Below the pieces are notes generated by a model. The model ran no database searches and was not told the origin of the DNA. It saw nothing but the letters and a program-made list of their open reading frames with translations. A DNA stretch of 64,000 nucleotides from contig JBOFHK010000025.1 of NCBI GenBank assembly GCA_051649605.1, positions 40,956-104,955 of the forward strand, read 5' to 3'. The position numbers and the translations under genes are program-made. Of this stretch, positions 46,298-55,978 are shown piece after piece (the first letter of the stretch is position 1; each line of letters begins with the position of its first letter). Source of the DNA: Brevinema sp. Lineage in GTDB: Bacteria > Spirochaetota > Brevinematia > Brevinematales > Brevinemataceae.

Positions 46298-47362
46298 TTA
46301 TAAAAATGATTTGAAGGGAACATCAGCATCTACAGAAAAGACATCGCTAAATCCTCGATAGTGCTGAAAAAACAATCTTCCTTTATCAGTCGGATAAGTA
46401 AACTTACCACCAACCTGCCAAATAAAAGGATGAAATTGATATTGAAGACGATCTTTTTTCATTTTCCATAACATAACAATTTCATTAGTGTCTGCTTGGA
46501 AATTAGACCAAATATCATAATGAATAGGAATCACAACACTTGTATTAAGACTTTCTGCCATCCGAATAATATCTGAAGCTGTCATTTTATCTGTGATACC
46601 TCGTGGATTTTCCCCAAAAGCTCCTAAAGCAACATCAATTTTATGTTCGTTCCCATGTTTTGCAAAAAAATTAGAATAATGAGAATCTCCTGCATGATAA
46701 ACATTGCCGCCACTCGTTTTGATGAGATAATTGACAGCCATCTCATCCATTTCCAAAACTGCTTGTCCAGATAATAATGTATCTTCATCAGCAGTAACTA
46801 AACAAGTCCGATCAAACGCTTCCAAAGCATAAATTTCTATATCGTGAACTTTAATAAAATCTCCTGGTTTTAATACCACACAACGTTCTTCAGGAACACC
46901 CCACTGGATCCATAAATCAACGCAGGCTTTTGGTCCAATAAATTTCACCGCTTCATCGCAATTTTGCATCACCGCTGCAGCAAGATTGGGATCAATATGG
47001 TCAGAGTGAATATGGGTGGCAACAACGGCATTTAATTCTTTAATAGCAAAAGGGTCTAAAACAAAAGGCTGCGTACGTAAATTGGGTTGAACTTCCTGAC
47101 AGCCTGACATCCGTTGCATTTGATGTCCTTGTTTCATTTTTCCGCTTCCATGCGATTTTTTACCCGTCCCACACCAAAAATCAATACAAATATTTGTTGA
47201 TTGTTCTGATTTAATCCAAAGACCTGTACAACCTAACCACCACAAAGCGATCGTATTAGGCAGTACCTGTTCATGCTCTATTTCTTCATTAAGCCATGTT
47301 CCCCATTCTGGAAATGTACTCAAAATCCAAGATTCCCTAGTGATTTCATGAATTTTCGCCAT
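46298..47362 (-). CDS. ulaG: L-ascorbate-6-phosphate lactonase (metallo-beta-lactamase fold)
   Basis: [33 protein letters not shown] and the C-terminal PFKSFL are near-identical to my recollection of E. coli UlaG. Confidence 0.92.
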   Translation of the reverse strand: MAKIHEITRESWILSTFPEWGTWLNEEIEHEQVLPNTIALWWLGCTGLWIKSEQSTNICIDFWCGTGKKSHGSGKMKQGHQMQRMSGCQEVQPNLRTQPFVLDPFAIKELNAVVATHIHSDHIDPNLAAAVMQNCDEAVKFIGPKACVDLWIQWGVPEERCVVLKPGDFIKVHDIEIYALEAFDRTCLVTADEDTLLSGQAVLEMDEMAVNYLIKTSGGNVYHAGDSHYSNFFAKHGNEHKIDVALGAFGENPRGITDKMTASDIIRMAESLNTSVVIPIHYDIWSNFQADTNEIVMLWKMKKDRLQYQFHPFIWQVGGKFTYPTDKGRLFFQHYRGFSDVFSVDADVPFKSFL

Positions 47363-47377
47363 CGTGTACTCCCCACC

Positions 47378-47809
47378 CTATATAATAATTTCTAATAATT
47401 CTTCTGCCGTAGAAACATTTTGTAGTTTCTCAACGGTATCATCGTCTCCCAAAATCTCAGCAAGTTGCATCATAGATTCCAGATGAGAATCATTGTCCGT
47501 CGCAACAAGAGTAAATAATAAGGTTACAGGTACTTCCATCGCTGGAAATAATATTCCTTTTTCTAGTTTTAAAAAGCTCATCCCTGTATTAAGAGCTCCA
47601 TATTCTGGACGTGTGTGGGGCATCGCTACCCCATCCACTAAGATGATATAAGTTCCAAACTCTTTAATTTGGGTAATCATATGGCTAATATATTCTGGTT
47701 TCATATACCCTTGCTCTAATAAAGAATAAGCACCACACTCTATTGCTTCTTCCCAAGAACCACATTCTTTTTTAAATTGAATCCTATGCCCTAGCAGTTG
47801 TTTTAACAC
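47378..47809 (-). CDS. ulaC: PTS ascorbate/mannitol-family EIIA
   Basis: GVAMPHTRPE phosphohistidine motif. The GTG at 47809 lies 5 nt after a GGAGG RBS. Confidence 0.85.
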   Translation of the reverse strand: MLKQLLGHRIQFKKECGSWEEAIECGAYSLLEQGYMKPEYISHMITQIKEFGTYIILVDGVAMPHTRPEYGALNTGMSFLKLEKGILFPAMEVPVTLLFTLVATDNDSHLESMMQLAEILGDDDTVEKLQNVSTAEELLEIII

Positions 47810-47917
47810 CGTTACCTCCAATGTTTTTTACCTACCATCCCTCATAGAGAAATCTTAGAGAAATAAATAATAAAATATCCTATACTTAAATAGTACATCT
47901 AAAATACTCTCTATTTT

Positions 47918-47945
47918 ATTATATCCTATTTTTCAAATTTTGCAA
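47918..47945 (-). promoter_or_regulatory. Candidate promoter of ulaCGABDE(R)
   Basis: On the minus strand: TTGCAA, 16 nt, TATAAT. Confidence 0.5.
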
Positions 47946-48042
47946 TATATTTTTCATATTTTTAAAAAATAGATCCATAACACGAAAATAACAATATAGA
48001 AAACCTTATTTATAAAAGTAAGATTATATTATTTGAAAAATA

Positions 48043-48071
48043 TTGCAATATGAAGAATTTTATTTTAAGAT
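48043..48071 (+). promoter_or_regulatory. Candidate promoter of ulaF
   Basis: TTGCAA, 17 nt, TAAGAT, about 20 nt before the RBS. The 9-mer TTGCAATAT is shared with the divergent promoter about 100 bp away. Confidence 0.45.
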
Positions 48072-48092
48072 AAATAGGGATAAGGAGAAATT

Positions 48093-48785
48093 ATGTTAGA
48101 ACAATTAAAAGAACGTGTTTTTCAGGCAAATCAACAATTAGTACAAAAAAATTTAGTAGTTCTTACCTGGGGTAATGCCAGTGCTTTTGATCCCGATTCG
48201 GGTTATGTAGTAATTAAACCTAGCGGTATCGCTTATCATCTGATGAGTCCAAAAGATATGGTCATCATAGATCTTGATGGTACGATTATCGAAGGGGAAC
48301 TCAACCCTTCCTCAGATACTCAAAGTCATCTTGCTCTTTATAAGGCGTGGGAAGGAGTTTGTGGCATTGTGCATACCCATTCCTTACATGCGACTGCTTG
48401 GTCTCAATCAGGGCTTGATTTAACAATCCAAGGGACAACTCACGCCGATTATTTCTATGGGGATATTCCCAATATTCCTTACCTAAGTGCCGAAGCAACA
48501 AATCAAGCATATGAACATCATACAGGGGTTAGTATTGTCGCCGAATTTACAAAACGTCGTATTGATCCTTTAAGCTTAAGTGCTTGCTTATTATCTGGGC
48601 ATGGGCCTTTTACGTGGGCAGAAAATATCGAAAAAGCTGTCGAAAAAGCTGTCGTACTCGAATATATTGCACAAATGGGATTCCTTTGTGCTTCTTTAAA
48701 TTCTCCTAGTAGATTACCTCAACATATTGTAGATAAACATTTTCTTAGAAAACATGGTGCTAATGCCTATTACGGTCAGAAATAA
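48093..48785 (+). CDS. ulaF: L-ribulose-5-phosphate 4-epimerase
   Basis: TWGNASA, VIKPSG, IVHTHS and the C-terminal RKHGANAYYGQK match the AraD/UlaF/SgbE family. Confidence 0.92.
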   Translation: MLEQLKERVFQANQQLVQKNLVVLTWGNASAFDPDSGYVVIKPSGIAYHLMSPKDMVIIDLDGTIIEGELNPSSDTQSHLALYKAWEGVCGIVHTHSLHATAWSQSGLDLTIQGTTHADYFYGDIPNIPYLSAEATNQAYEHHTGVSIVAEFTKRRIDPLSLSACLLSGHGPFTWAENIEKAVEKAVVLEYIAQMGFLCASLNSPSRLPQHIVDKHFLRKHGANAYYGQK

Positions 48786-48890
48786 TAAGTATTAATGTTA
48801 TTGTGAATAATATATTTTTAAATTATAAATTATCTATTGGCATTAATAAGAGAGAGAATTCTCTCAAACAAATATGATAAGATCACCATA

Positions 48891-48921
48891 AAAAAAGTCC
48901 CCAAAATTTAGGGACTTTTTT
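48891..48921. terminator. Bidirectional rho-independent terminator
   Basis: aaaaagtccc / gggacttttt hairpin with flanking A- and T-runs between convergent ulaF and surE. Confidence 0.75.
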
Positions 48922-48937
48922 ATTTTTGTTGAATATT

Positions 48938-49729
48938 TTACTCTTCTACAGACAGTTCTGTTAAAAATTCTAGCTGCGACTGCAGAATCTCATCGTACAT
49001 CACACCTTTATGAAGGGCAGTAACCACAATATAGCCATCTTCCAAACAATATACATCGGTACCTTCTTGAGAATTAGCATGTTTCGCCACAGTATCGATA
49101 CGAACGTAATCTTTATCATCCTGAGAAGAATGATACAACTCCGTTTTATAGTTATGTATTCCTAAAGTTGTTAATTTGATTCCTTTGGCAGGCATAATTG
49201 AAGGAAAATTAATATTGATAATCGAACCTTTATAGTGGAGCAACTCACGAGGCATACAATCAACAATCCTCCGCGTCATTTTTGCCGCATAAGCAAATAA
49301 TGCTGCTTCATTCTGGGTTGAAATTTGCCCCTGTTCATCAAAAAGATCCAGTGATAAAGCAATAGCCATAACTCCATGAAAACTTGCCTCACGGGCAGCA
49401 CCTACGGTACCAGAATAAAAAATATCATGACCAGCATTCTCTCCATAATTGATTCCTGAAAGAATCAAATCAAAAGAAGTGGTAAAAAGACCCTGTAAGG
49501 CAGCTCGTGCACAATCGGCAGGTGTTCCATCAAGTGCAAATCCTTTAATACCATCCGTCATTTTTTTAACTTCTAAATGATCCGAAAAATTAATCGCATG
49601 GCTGAAAGCACTTTTATGATTAAGAGGAGCACACATATAAGAATCATAAAAATCTCGAAACTCTTTATATAAAGTTTGGATACCTATTGCGTCATATCCA
49701 TCGTCATTAGTAAATAATATTTTCATCAT
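48938..49729 (-). CDS. surE: 5'/3'-nucleotidase SurE
   Basis: MKILFTNDDGYDAIGI and SGINYGENAG signatures. Confidence 0.92.
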   Translation of the reverse strand: MMKILFTNDDGYDAIGIQTLYKEFRDFYDSYMCAPLNHKSAFSHAINFSDHLEVKKMTDGIKGFALDGTPADCARAALQGLFTTSFDLILSGINYGENAGHDIFYSGTVGAAREASFHGVMAIALSLDLFDEQGQISTQNEAALFAYAAKMTRRIVDCMPRELLHYKGSIININFPSIMPAKGIKLTTLGIHNYKTELYHSSQDDKDYVRIDTVAKHANSQEGTDVYCLEDGYIVVTALHKGVMYDEILQSQLEFLTELSVEE

Positions 49730-49734
49730 TCTTC

Positions 49735-50427
49735 CTATTTTGTAAATTTAACCGTTAGCTCCAATAATTTTGCCCCTTCGGTACGAGAAATTGTAATTAT
49801 CATCCCATAATCCTGTAACTCTTCTCCAAACTGAGGCACGTAGGTAAATTTTTCGATAACATAACCTCCGATGCTATCACAATTTTCACAGGATAAATCC
49901 ATAGAAAACTTTTTATTAAATTCTTCTAAAAGAAGGCGAGGATCAATAATAAATTGTCCATCCTGTTCAATAATCTGTTCTTTTAAATTTTCATCATTTT
50001 CTTCACTATTCCAAAACACATCGAGAATATCAGTTTTTGTAACAATACCTCGAACTGCTCCATGCTCATCCACAACAACTGCAAAAGAGTATTGTTTTTT
50101 TTTAAATTCTTCTAATAATTCTAATAAAATTTTATTTTCGGAAATAAACATCGGATAATGGAGAATAGCATTAAGATCAAATTCTTGAGAATCACATGTT
50201 AATAGATCATGAATATATAAAATACCAAGAATATTGTCTACCCCATCTTTATAAACAGGATAACAAGCATGAGGGTTTTGGGTAATAATATTAACAATAT
50301 TATCGTACGTATCTTCGATATTAATTAATTGGATCATCGAGATAGGGGTAAGTATATCTTCCGCTTCGTATTCTGATAAGAATTGTTTTAAAAGATCTGA
50401 GCGTTTCCTATAACTATCACTGTCCAT
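49735..50427 (-). CDS. CBS-pair + CorC/HlyC transporter-associated domain protein (YbeX/CorC-like, no membrane domain)
   Basis: CBS pair (..ACYPVYKDGVDNILGILYIHDL.., ..FAVVVDEHGAVRGIVTKTDIL..) followed by a CorC_HlyC-like C-terminus. Confidence 0.8.
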   Translation of the reverse strand: MDSDSYRKRSDLLKQFLSEYEAEDILTPISMIQLINIEDTYDNIVNIITQNPHACYPVYKDGVDNILGILYIHDLLTCDSQEFDLNAILHYPMFISENKILLELLEEFKKKQYSFAVVVDEHGAVRGIVTKTDILDVFWNSEENDENLKEQIIEQDGQFIIDPRLLLEEFNKKFSMDLSCENCDSIGGYVIEKFTYVPQFGEELQDYGMIITISRTEGAKLLELTVKFTK

Positions 50428-50439
50428 AAATAGTTTTCC

Positions 50440-51564
50440 TTAATTTGTTTTCATTGGCATGGTGATATACTCATAATCATTTTCACCAGCAGGTTTTAAT
50501 AAAATAGGGCTTCCTGAAGAATTTACAGAAATCAGGACTTTTTTCCCTTGAATAATTCTTAAAAATTCGGTAAGAGCCTTATGATTTACAGCAATTGATG
50601 CCACTTCTTGAGAACCAGATAATTCTTCTACTACTACCGAATCGCTACTATTACCCTGTACGGTAACCCCAGAAACAAGCAAATGCATACCTTCTACATC
50701 AAGCTTAACTTTACCAGATTCGTTATCTGCCATAATCGATACAAGCTGTAAACAAGAAATCAAACTACTCGCATCAACAGTAATCGTAGAGGTAGTTTGT
50801 GCAGGGATGACATCACGATAGTTGGGAAATTTACCTTCTACTAAATTGGTAAAGACATAAGTATTATCAATTTTAAAATAAGCTTGGCCACTAGAAACGG
50901 CAAATAACACTTCTCCTTGAGTTAAAGAATCACTAATCGTTTTCATAATCCGCTGAGGAACAATGATATCAGTAACTACTTCACCAATTTTTTCCTCAAA
51001 AGATTTGGAAATCACCGCCAATCGTTTACCATCTGTGGTTACAAAAGATAGCATTCCTACAGAACTTTCCGTAATAAAAGTCCCAGTAAATGCAACCTGT
51101 GCCTGATCATGAGAAACAGCAAATTCTGTTGCCGTAATTAATTCTCGTAAAACACTTTGATTGATTTTGATATAGCTACTCCAATCAAATTCTTTAAAGG
51201 TTGGATAAGTATCTGCTAAAACTCCATTTAAACGAAATATTGGGGATTGCTTTCCTTCGGGTTGGATGATTACTTCCAATTCTCCTTCTTTTTGTTCCAA
51301 ACAAATAACTTCTCCAGGAATGTTACGAATAATTTCTAAGAGTTTTTTGGATAATAAACTAATCTTACCAGCTTGTACAACATTTGCTGTTGCTTCAATC
51401 TTAACCCCATGGTCTCCATTATAACTTTGAATAATCACTTGTCCGTCATTATGGACTTCTAAATAAATATTTAATAAAATACTTAAAGGTGTTCTTGGAT
51501 TAATAATTGAGTCAGAAATCATCAAGGCTTTCAAAAACTCATCTTTGTTAATAGTAAACTTCAT
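50440..51564 (-). CDS. dnaN: DNA polymerase III beta sliding clamp
   Basis: MKFTINKDEFLKAL start, three-domain length, NYRDVIP motif, C-terminal YITMPMK. The ATG at 51564 (or 51567) follows a GGAGA RBS. Confidence 0.9.
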   Translation of the reverse strand: MKFTINKDEFLKALMISDSIINPRTPLSILLNIYLEVHNDGQVIIQSYNGDHGVKIEATANVVQAGKISLLSKKLLEIIRNIPGEVICLEQKEGELEVIIQPEGKQSPIFRLNGVLADTYPTFKEFDWSSYIKINQSVLRELITATEFAVSHDQAQVAFTGTFITESSVGMLSFVTTDGKRLAVISKSFEEKIGEVVTDIIVPQRIMKTISDSLTQGEVLFAVSSGQAYFKIDNTYVFTNLVEGKFPNYRDVIPAQTTSTITVDASSLISCLQLVSIMADNESGKVKLDVEGMHLLVSGVTVQGNSSDSVVVEELSGSQEVASIAVNHKALTEFLRIIQGKKVLISVNSSGSPILLKPAGENDYEYITMPMKTN

Positions 51565-51734
51565 CATACATCTCCAGTGATATAATTCAACATAATAAAT
51601 GATACATTCTTTTTCGTAAAATTGCAAGCCTTTAAAGGATTTTTTACAAATTTTTGTTACTATTTTTCTAGCAATACCGATTAATTAAGAATATTAAAAA
51701 AATCTTACAGAAAATAAAATTCGGAGAAATTAGA

Positions 51735-52316
51735 ATGACAGAAAAAGAAAAAATGATTCAAGGACAACTTTATAATTCTGGTGATCCAGAATTAGTGAGC
51801 GATCGATTTAAAGCCCAAACACTCTGCTGGAAATATAACCAACTCAGCCCATCCGAACAAGGACAAAAAGATAAACTTATCAAACAGCTTTTTGGTAGTA
51901 TTAAAACTACTTTCTATATCGAACCAAATTTTCGATGTGATTATGGATATAATATTTCTATAGGGGAAAATTTTTATATGAATTATGACTGCGTCTTTTT
52001 AGATATTTGCCCTATTACTATTGGAGATAATTGTATGATCGCCCCAGGTGTCCATATTTATACAGCAACACATCCTGTAGAATACCAACAAAGAAATAGT
52101 AAAACAAATACACAAGGCGAATCTATATGTATCGAATTTGGAAAACCGATTACCATAGGGCACAATGTTTGGATTGGGGGACGTGCTGTAATTTTACCAG
52201 GTGTTTCTATAGGAGATGGTGCAGTTATCGCTTCTGGATCAATAGTAAATAATTCCGTCCCCTCAAACACTATCTACGGCGGTAACCCTGCTCGATTCCT
52301 CAAAAATATTATTTAA
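51735..52316 (+). CDS. maa: Maltose/galactoside O-acetyltransferase (left-handed beta-helix)
   Basis: Mac N-terminal domain (MIQGQLYNSGDPEL) and hexapeptide repeats (IGDNCMIAPGVHIY, IGHNVWIGGRAVILPGVSIGDGAVI). Confidence 0.88.
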   Translation: MTEKEKMIQGQLYNSGDPELVSDRFKAQTLCWKYNQLSPSEQGQKDKLIKQLFGSIKTTFYIEPNFRCDYGYNISIGENFYMNYDCVFLDICPITIGDNCMIAPGVHIYTATHPVEYQQRNSKTNTQGESICIEFGKPITIGHNVWIGGRAVILPGVSIGDGAVIASGSIVNNSVPSNTIYGGNPARFLKNII

Positions 52317-52362
52317 TAAATTTTATTAACAAAGATTAACGAAATTTCAGTACTAACACCAT

Positions 52363-53041
52363 GTGATGTTATTAGTACTTTTTTTATTCCCCTTTTTTCT
52401 TTCTGATAAAATTCTTCAAGAAATAATTACTATCCCTCGCTATAGTATTGTCTATATTTTTACCAACCAACACCAGATTAACGAAGTATTTTTTGACCAC
52501 CAAAAAATACCCTATCAAACAAACCACCTTTCTAATAACTCTATTCTACGTAATACCAATACTACCAAAATTGTGTTAATACCCTACCCTCAATATTATA
52601 CGACTAATAGATACGCTTCCAAGAGGTACCAATAAAGGTTGGGCAAGACCTTCGGTTTCCAAATATCGTCTTTATACCCTTCAAATACGATATTTATCTA
52701 ATCCCATGTTTCCTTTTCAAACCAATAAAAATGGTACAGCACCCAGTGGTCTGTGGTACAATCACTTTACCGCCTCTTATATAACCAATCCCAAAGATCT
52801 TCAAGTAGATCATATTGTTCCCTTCAAAGAAGCTTTTCGCTCTCAAAACCATCTTTGGACAAAAAAAGAAATCTATAGCTTTTATAATTCTACTCTACTC
52901 TCCGCACTCTTACCTACATACAAAGATGAAAATCAACGCAAAAGCGATTCCAAAGAATATCTTCCACCAAATCCTCTATTTCAGAAGATTTATCAAGATA
53001 TGTGGCACTATACCAAAAAACATTATCAACTAAACGATTAA
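52363..53041 (+). pseudogene. Probable decayed HNH-type (DUF1524-like) secreted nuclease gene, split over two frames
   Basis: ORF 52363-52635 has only a signal-like N-terminus. The frame carrying LQVDHIVPFKEAFRS...W...ENQRKSD...P (52706-53041) is open back to 52580 and overlaps the end of the first ORF in a different frame. No RBS precedes the ATG at 52706. Confidence 0.45.
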
Positions 53042-53142
53042 TTAATCCCTATCAAAAATCCAACTGTTTTTTAGAATCAAATAATAATATAAAGAATTTA
53101 TTAAGATTCAATTGTAAATCCCCTAGATTTCATTACCAAGAT

Positions 53143-53171
53143 ATTGCAAAAATTCTCTATTTAAACTATAA
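53143..53171 (+). promoter_or_regulatory. Sigma70-type promoter of the PTS-nanE operon
   Basis: TTGCAA, 17 nt, TATAAT, about 25 nt before the ATG at 53196. Confidence 0.6.
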
Positions 53172-53195
53172 TCTATAGGCATTCTCGGAGGGTTT

Positions 53196-54689
53196 ATGTT
53201 TAAATATTTTCAAAAAATTGGAAAATCCTTAATGCTTCCTATCGCTGTGCTCCCAGCAGCAGGGTTATTATTAGGGATTGGGGGAGCATTATCCAATCCT
53301 AATACCATCCAAGCATATCCATTTTTAGATATTACTTGGATTCAAAGTATCCTACAAGTTATGGCTGCTTCTGGAGAAATTATTTTTGTTAACCTCGCCT
53401 TACTAATCTGTATTGGTATCACAATCGGTCTTAGTCATTCAGATAAAGGTACCGCTGCCTTAAGTGCTGTTGTGGGATTCTTGGTAATGAATGCAGCCAT
53501 CAAAAGCCTCCTCCATATCAGTAGGACTGAAGGATCAATCGACACAGGAGTCGTTGGAGCCTTGGCTATGGGCTTTGTGATCTCCTATCTTCATAATAAA
53601 TACCACGATATTCAATTACCAGAGGTATTAGGGTTTTTTGGGGGTTCTCGATTTATTCCTATTATTTCTTCTTTTAGCGGAATCCTCATCGGTTTTTTAT
53701 TTTTTCTTATATGGCCAGAATTTCAAAAAGGATTAATCACTGCAGGTAATTCTATTGCCAGTCTTGGATCTTTTGGGACATTTTTATATGGATTTCTTTT
53801 GAGGCTCACAGGGGCAATTGGTCTTCATCATATGATTTATCCTCTCTTTTGGCTTACAGAACTCGGTGGAGTTGAACAAGTAGCAGGGCAAACGATCGTT
53901 GGAGCTCAAAATATTTTCTTTGCTCAATTAGCCAATCCTACCCATACAGGATTATTTACAGAAGGGACTCGATTTTTTGCTGGGCGTTTTGTAACAATGA
54001 TGTTTGGTCTTCCTGGAGCTTGTTTGGCAATGTATCTCTCCGTTCCTATAGAAAAACGAAAATTAGTCGGGGGGCTTTTCCTCAGTGCTGCCATAACTTC
54101 TTTTATTACAGGGATCACCGAACCAATTGAATTTATGTTTCTATTTGTTGCTCCTTATTTATACGTTCTTCATGCTTTTTTGGATGGTCTATCTTTTTGG
54201 ATCGCCGATCTCTTGAATATTTCTATAGGTAATACTTTTTCTGGTGGATTTATTGATTTTACACTCTTTGGGATTCTTCAAGGTAATGAATCCACCAACT
54301 GGATATATGTACCAATTATTGGTGTTTGTTGGTTTTTTCTTTATTTCTTTAGTTTTAAATTTCTGATTAGCCTATTTAATATCCCCACCCCTGGTAGGGA
54401 AGAAGACGGCGAAGATATTCATATCCTTAGTAAGGATTCCTTACAACAAACCGCAGTAACAATCTTAAATGCTCTTGGCGGTAAAGACAATATCGAAGAT
54501 ATTGATGCTTGTATTACGAGACTTCGTATCGCCGTAAAAGATATCCATAAGGTCGACCAAGTCGCTCTCAAAAAAACTGGAGCTAGTGCCGTATTAGAAA
54601 TGCAGGGGGGTATCCAAGCAATTTTTGGTGCCATGGCAGACCCTCTCAAACAACGGATCAATAAGCTACTTGAGCGAGAGGATCAATAA
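53196..54689 (+). CDS. PTS glucose/GlcNAc-family EIICB (candidate N-acetylmannosamine or other amino-sugar transporter)
   Basis: N-terminal FQKIGKSLMLPIAVLPAAGLLLGIG, a GITEPIEF motif, and C-terminal EIIB DACITRLR. Confidence 0.88.
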   Translation: MFKYFQKIGKSLMLPIAVLPAAGLLLGIGGALSNPNTIQAYPFLDITWIQSILQVMAASGEIIFVNLALLICIGITIGLSHSDKGTAALSAVVGFLVMNAAIKSLLHISRTEGSIDTGVVGALAMGFVISYLHNKYHDIQLPEVLGFFGGSRFIPIISSFSGILIGFLFFLIWPEFQKGLITAGNSIASLGSFGTFLYGFLLRLTGAIGLHHMIYPLFWLTELGGVEQVAGQTIVGAQNIFFAQLANPTHTGLFTEGTRFFAGRFVTMMFGLPGACLAMYLSVPIEKRKLVGGLFLSAAITSFITGITEPIEFMFLFVAPYLYVLHAFLDGLSFWIADLLNISIGNTFSGGFIDFTLFGILQGNESTNWIYVPIIGVCWFFLYFFSFKFLISLFNIPTPGREEDGEDIHILSKDSLQQTAVTILNALGGKDNIEDIDACITRLRIAVKDIHKVDQVALKKTGASAVLEMQGGIQAIFGAMADPLKQRINKLLEREDQ

Positions 54690-54738
54690 GAAAAAAAATC
54701 ACACAGATATTTTAAAGAATAGACATAAGGAGTTTTTT

Positions 54739-55062
54739 ATGAATCAATCGTTTTTTCAAAAAATCGGATCATTTTTTCAAAATTGCTGTAAGAAAAAATC
54801 ACATTCTTATACTTGTACTACAAAAACAGATACCGTAGATTTACTAGAAGCTCTCGGTGGTAAAGAGAATATCAAACATCTTGATGCTTGTATTACACGA
54901 CTTCGACTAGAATTAAACAATCCTTCTAAGATTTGCAAAACTGAGTTGAAAAAACATTCTGTTGCAGTAATCGAAGTGCAGAATGGTGTTCAACTTGTTT
55001 TAGGAACCAAAACGCAGCTTATAAAAGAAGAAATGGAACAATTATTAAATTATAGGAGCTAA
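54739..55062 (+). CDS. Stand-alone glucose-family PTS EIIB domain protein
   Basis: LEALGGKENIKHLDACITRLRLEL. AAGGAG RBS 7 nt upstream of the ATG at 54739. The first ~14 aa (MNQSFFQKIGSFFQ) mimic an EIIC N-terminus. Confidence 0.8.
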   Translation: MNQSFFQKIGSFFQNCCKKKSHSYTCTTKTDTVDLLEALGGKENIKHLDACITRLRLELNNPSKICKTELKKHSVAVIEVQNGVQLVLGTKTQLIKEEMEQLLNYRS

Positions 55063-55745
55063 TGATGATCAATTCTCTCAAAGGGCAGCTCGTAGTTTCC
55101 TGCCAAGCACTACCCCATGAACCCTTACACAGCTCTTTTATCATGTCTAAAATGGCACTTGCTGCCTACCGTGGAGGAGCTAAAGGTATCCGAGCCAATA
55201 CCGTACAAGATATTCAGGCGATCCGTAATGAAGTAGATCTACCAATTATCGGTATTATCAAACAAGAATATGGTGATCATCCTGTATTCATTACCCCAAC
55301 CATGAAAGAAGTTTCTGCTCTCGCTCATATTCAGGTCGATATTATCGCTGTTGATGCAACCAAGCGTCCTCGCCCTGATGGATTATCAACAGCAGAGTTT
55401 CTTACACAAATAAAAAAAAATTATCCAAAAATTCTTATAATGGGAGATTGTGCCAATTTAGAAGACGTTGTACTTGCCATGGAATATTGCGATTTTATCG
55501 GAACAACTCTCTATGGATACACAGATTATACTCAAGGTTGTGATATTTCTAAGGATAATTTTAGCCATCTTCAAAAAGTCATCGAACTGAGTAGCAAACC
55601 TGTAATTGCAGAAGGTAAAGTTAATACTCCAGAAAAAGCAAAACTATGTTTAGAGCTAGGAGCTTGGTGCGTAGTAGTCGGTGGGGCGATCACTAGACCC
55701 ATGGAAATTACCGAACGTTTTATCAACGAGATGGGGCTTTCTTAA
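55062..55745 (+). CDS. nanE: N-acetylmannosamine-6-phosphate 2-epimerase
   Basis: LKGQLVVSCQALPHEPLH, GGAKGIRAN and AEGKVNTPE signatures. Confidence 0.92.
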   Translation: MMINSLKGQLVVSCQALPHEPLHSSFIMSKMALAAYRGGAKGIRANTVQDIQAIRNEVDLPIIGIIKQEYGDHPVFITPTMKEVSALAHIQVDIIAVDATKRPRPDGLSTAEFLTQIKKNYPKILIMGDCANLEDVVLAMEYCDFIGTTLYGYTDYTQGCDISKDNFSHLQKVIELSSKPVIAEGKVNTPEKAKLCLELGAWCVVVGGAITRPMEITERFINEMGLS

Positions 55746-55978
55746 ATTGTAGCTCTCTATAAAACCCCTATAAATAATTTATTGATAAGAAGAAACAGCT
55801 TATCAAATATTATCCCTCTCATAACAAGATTTTTAATATTGTTCTATGTACTTATAGAATAATTCGATAAAAACTTACAAAAGCTCTCCCACAGGAAATT
55901 CCCTATAGAAATTCTCCTATGGGAAAATTAAGATTGATAGGTGCACTCAAGATACACTCTTGATTAGTGTATGCTTTC

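Noticed and set aside
47940-48051. The 9-mer TTGCAATAT repeated about 100 bp apart in the ula divergent region (and again at 10542-10550), considered as a UlaR operator
   Set aside because: Each copy coincides with a plausible TTGCAA -35 hexamer at correct spacing to a -10 element, so promoter elements explain them. I cannot show an operator from sequence alone.
48852-48865. Perfect 14-bp palindrome GAGAGAATTCTCTC downstream of ulaF
   Set aside because: It is a loopless palindrome with no partner site or obvious regulatory position, and the real terminator hairpin lies 30 nt further on. It is probably incidental.
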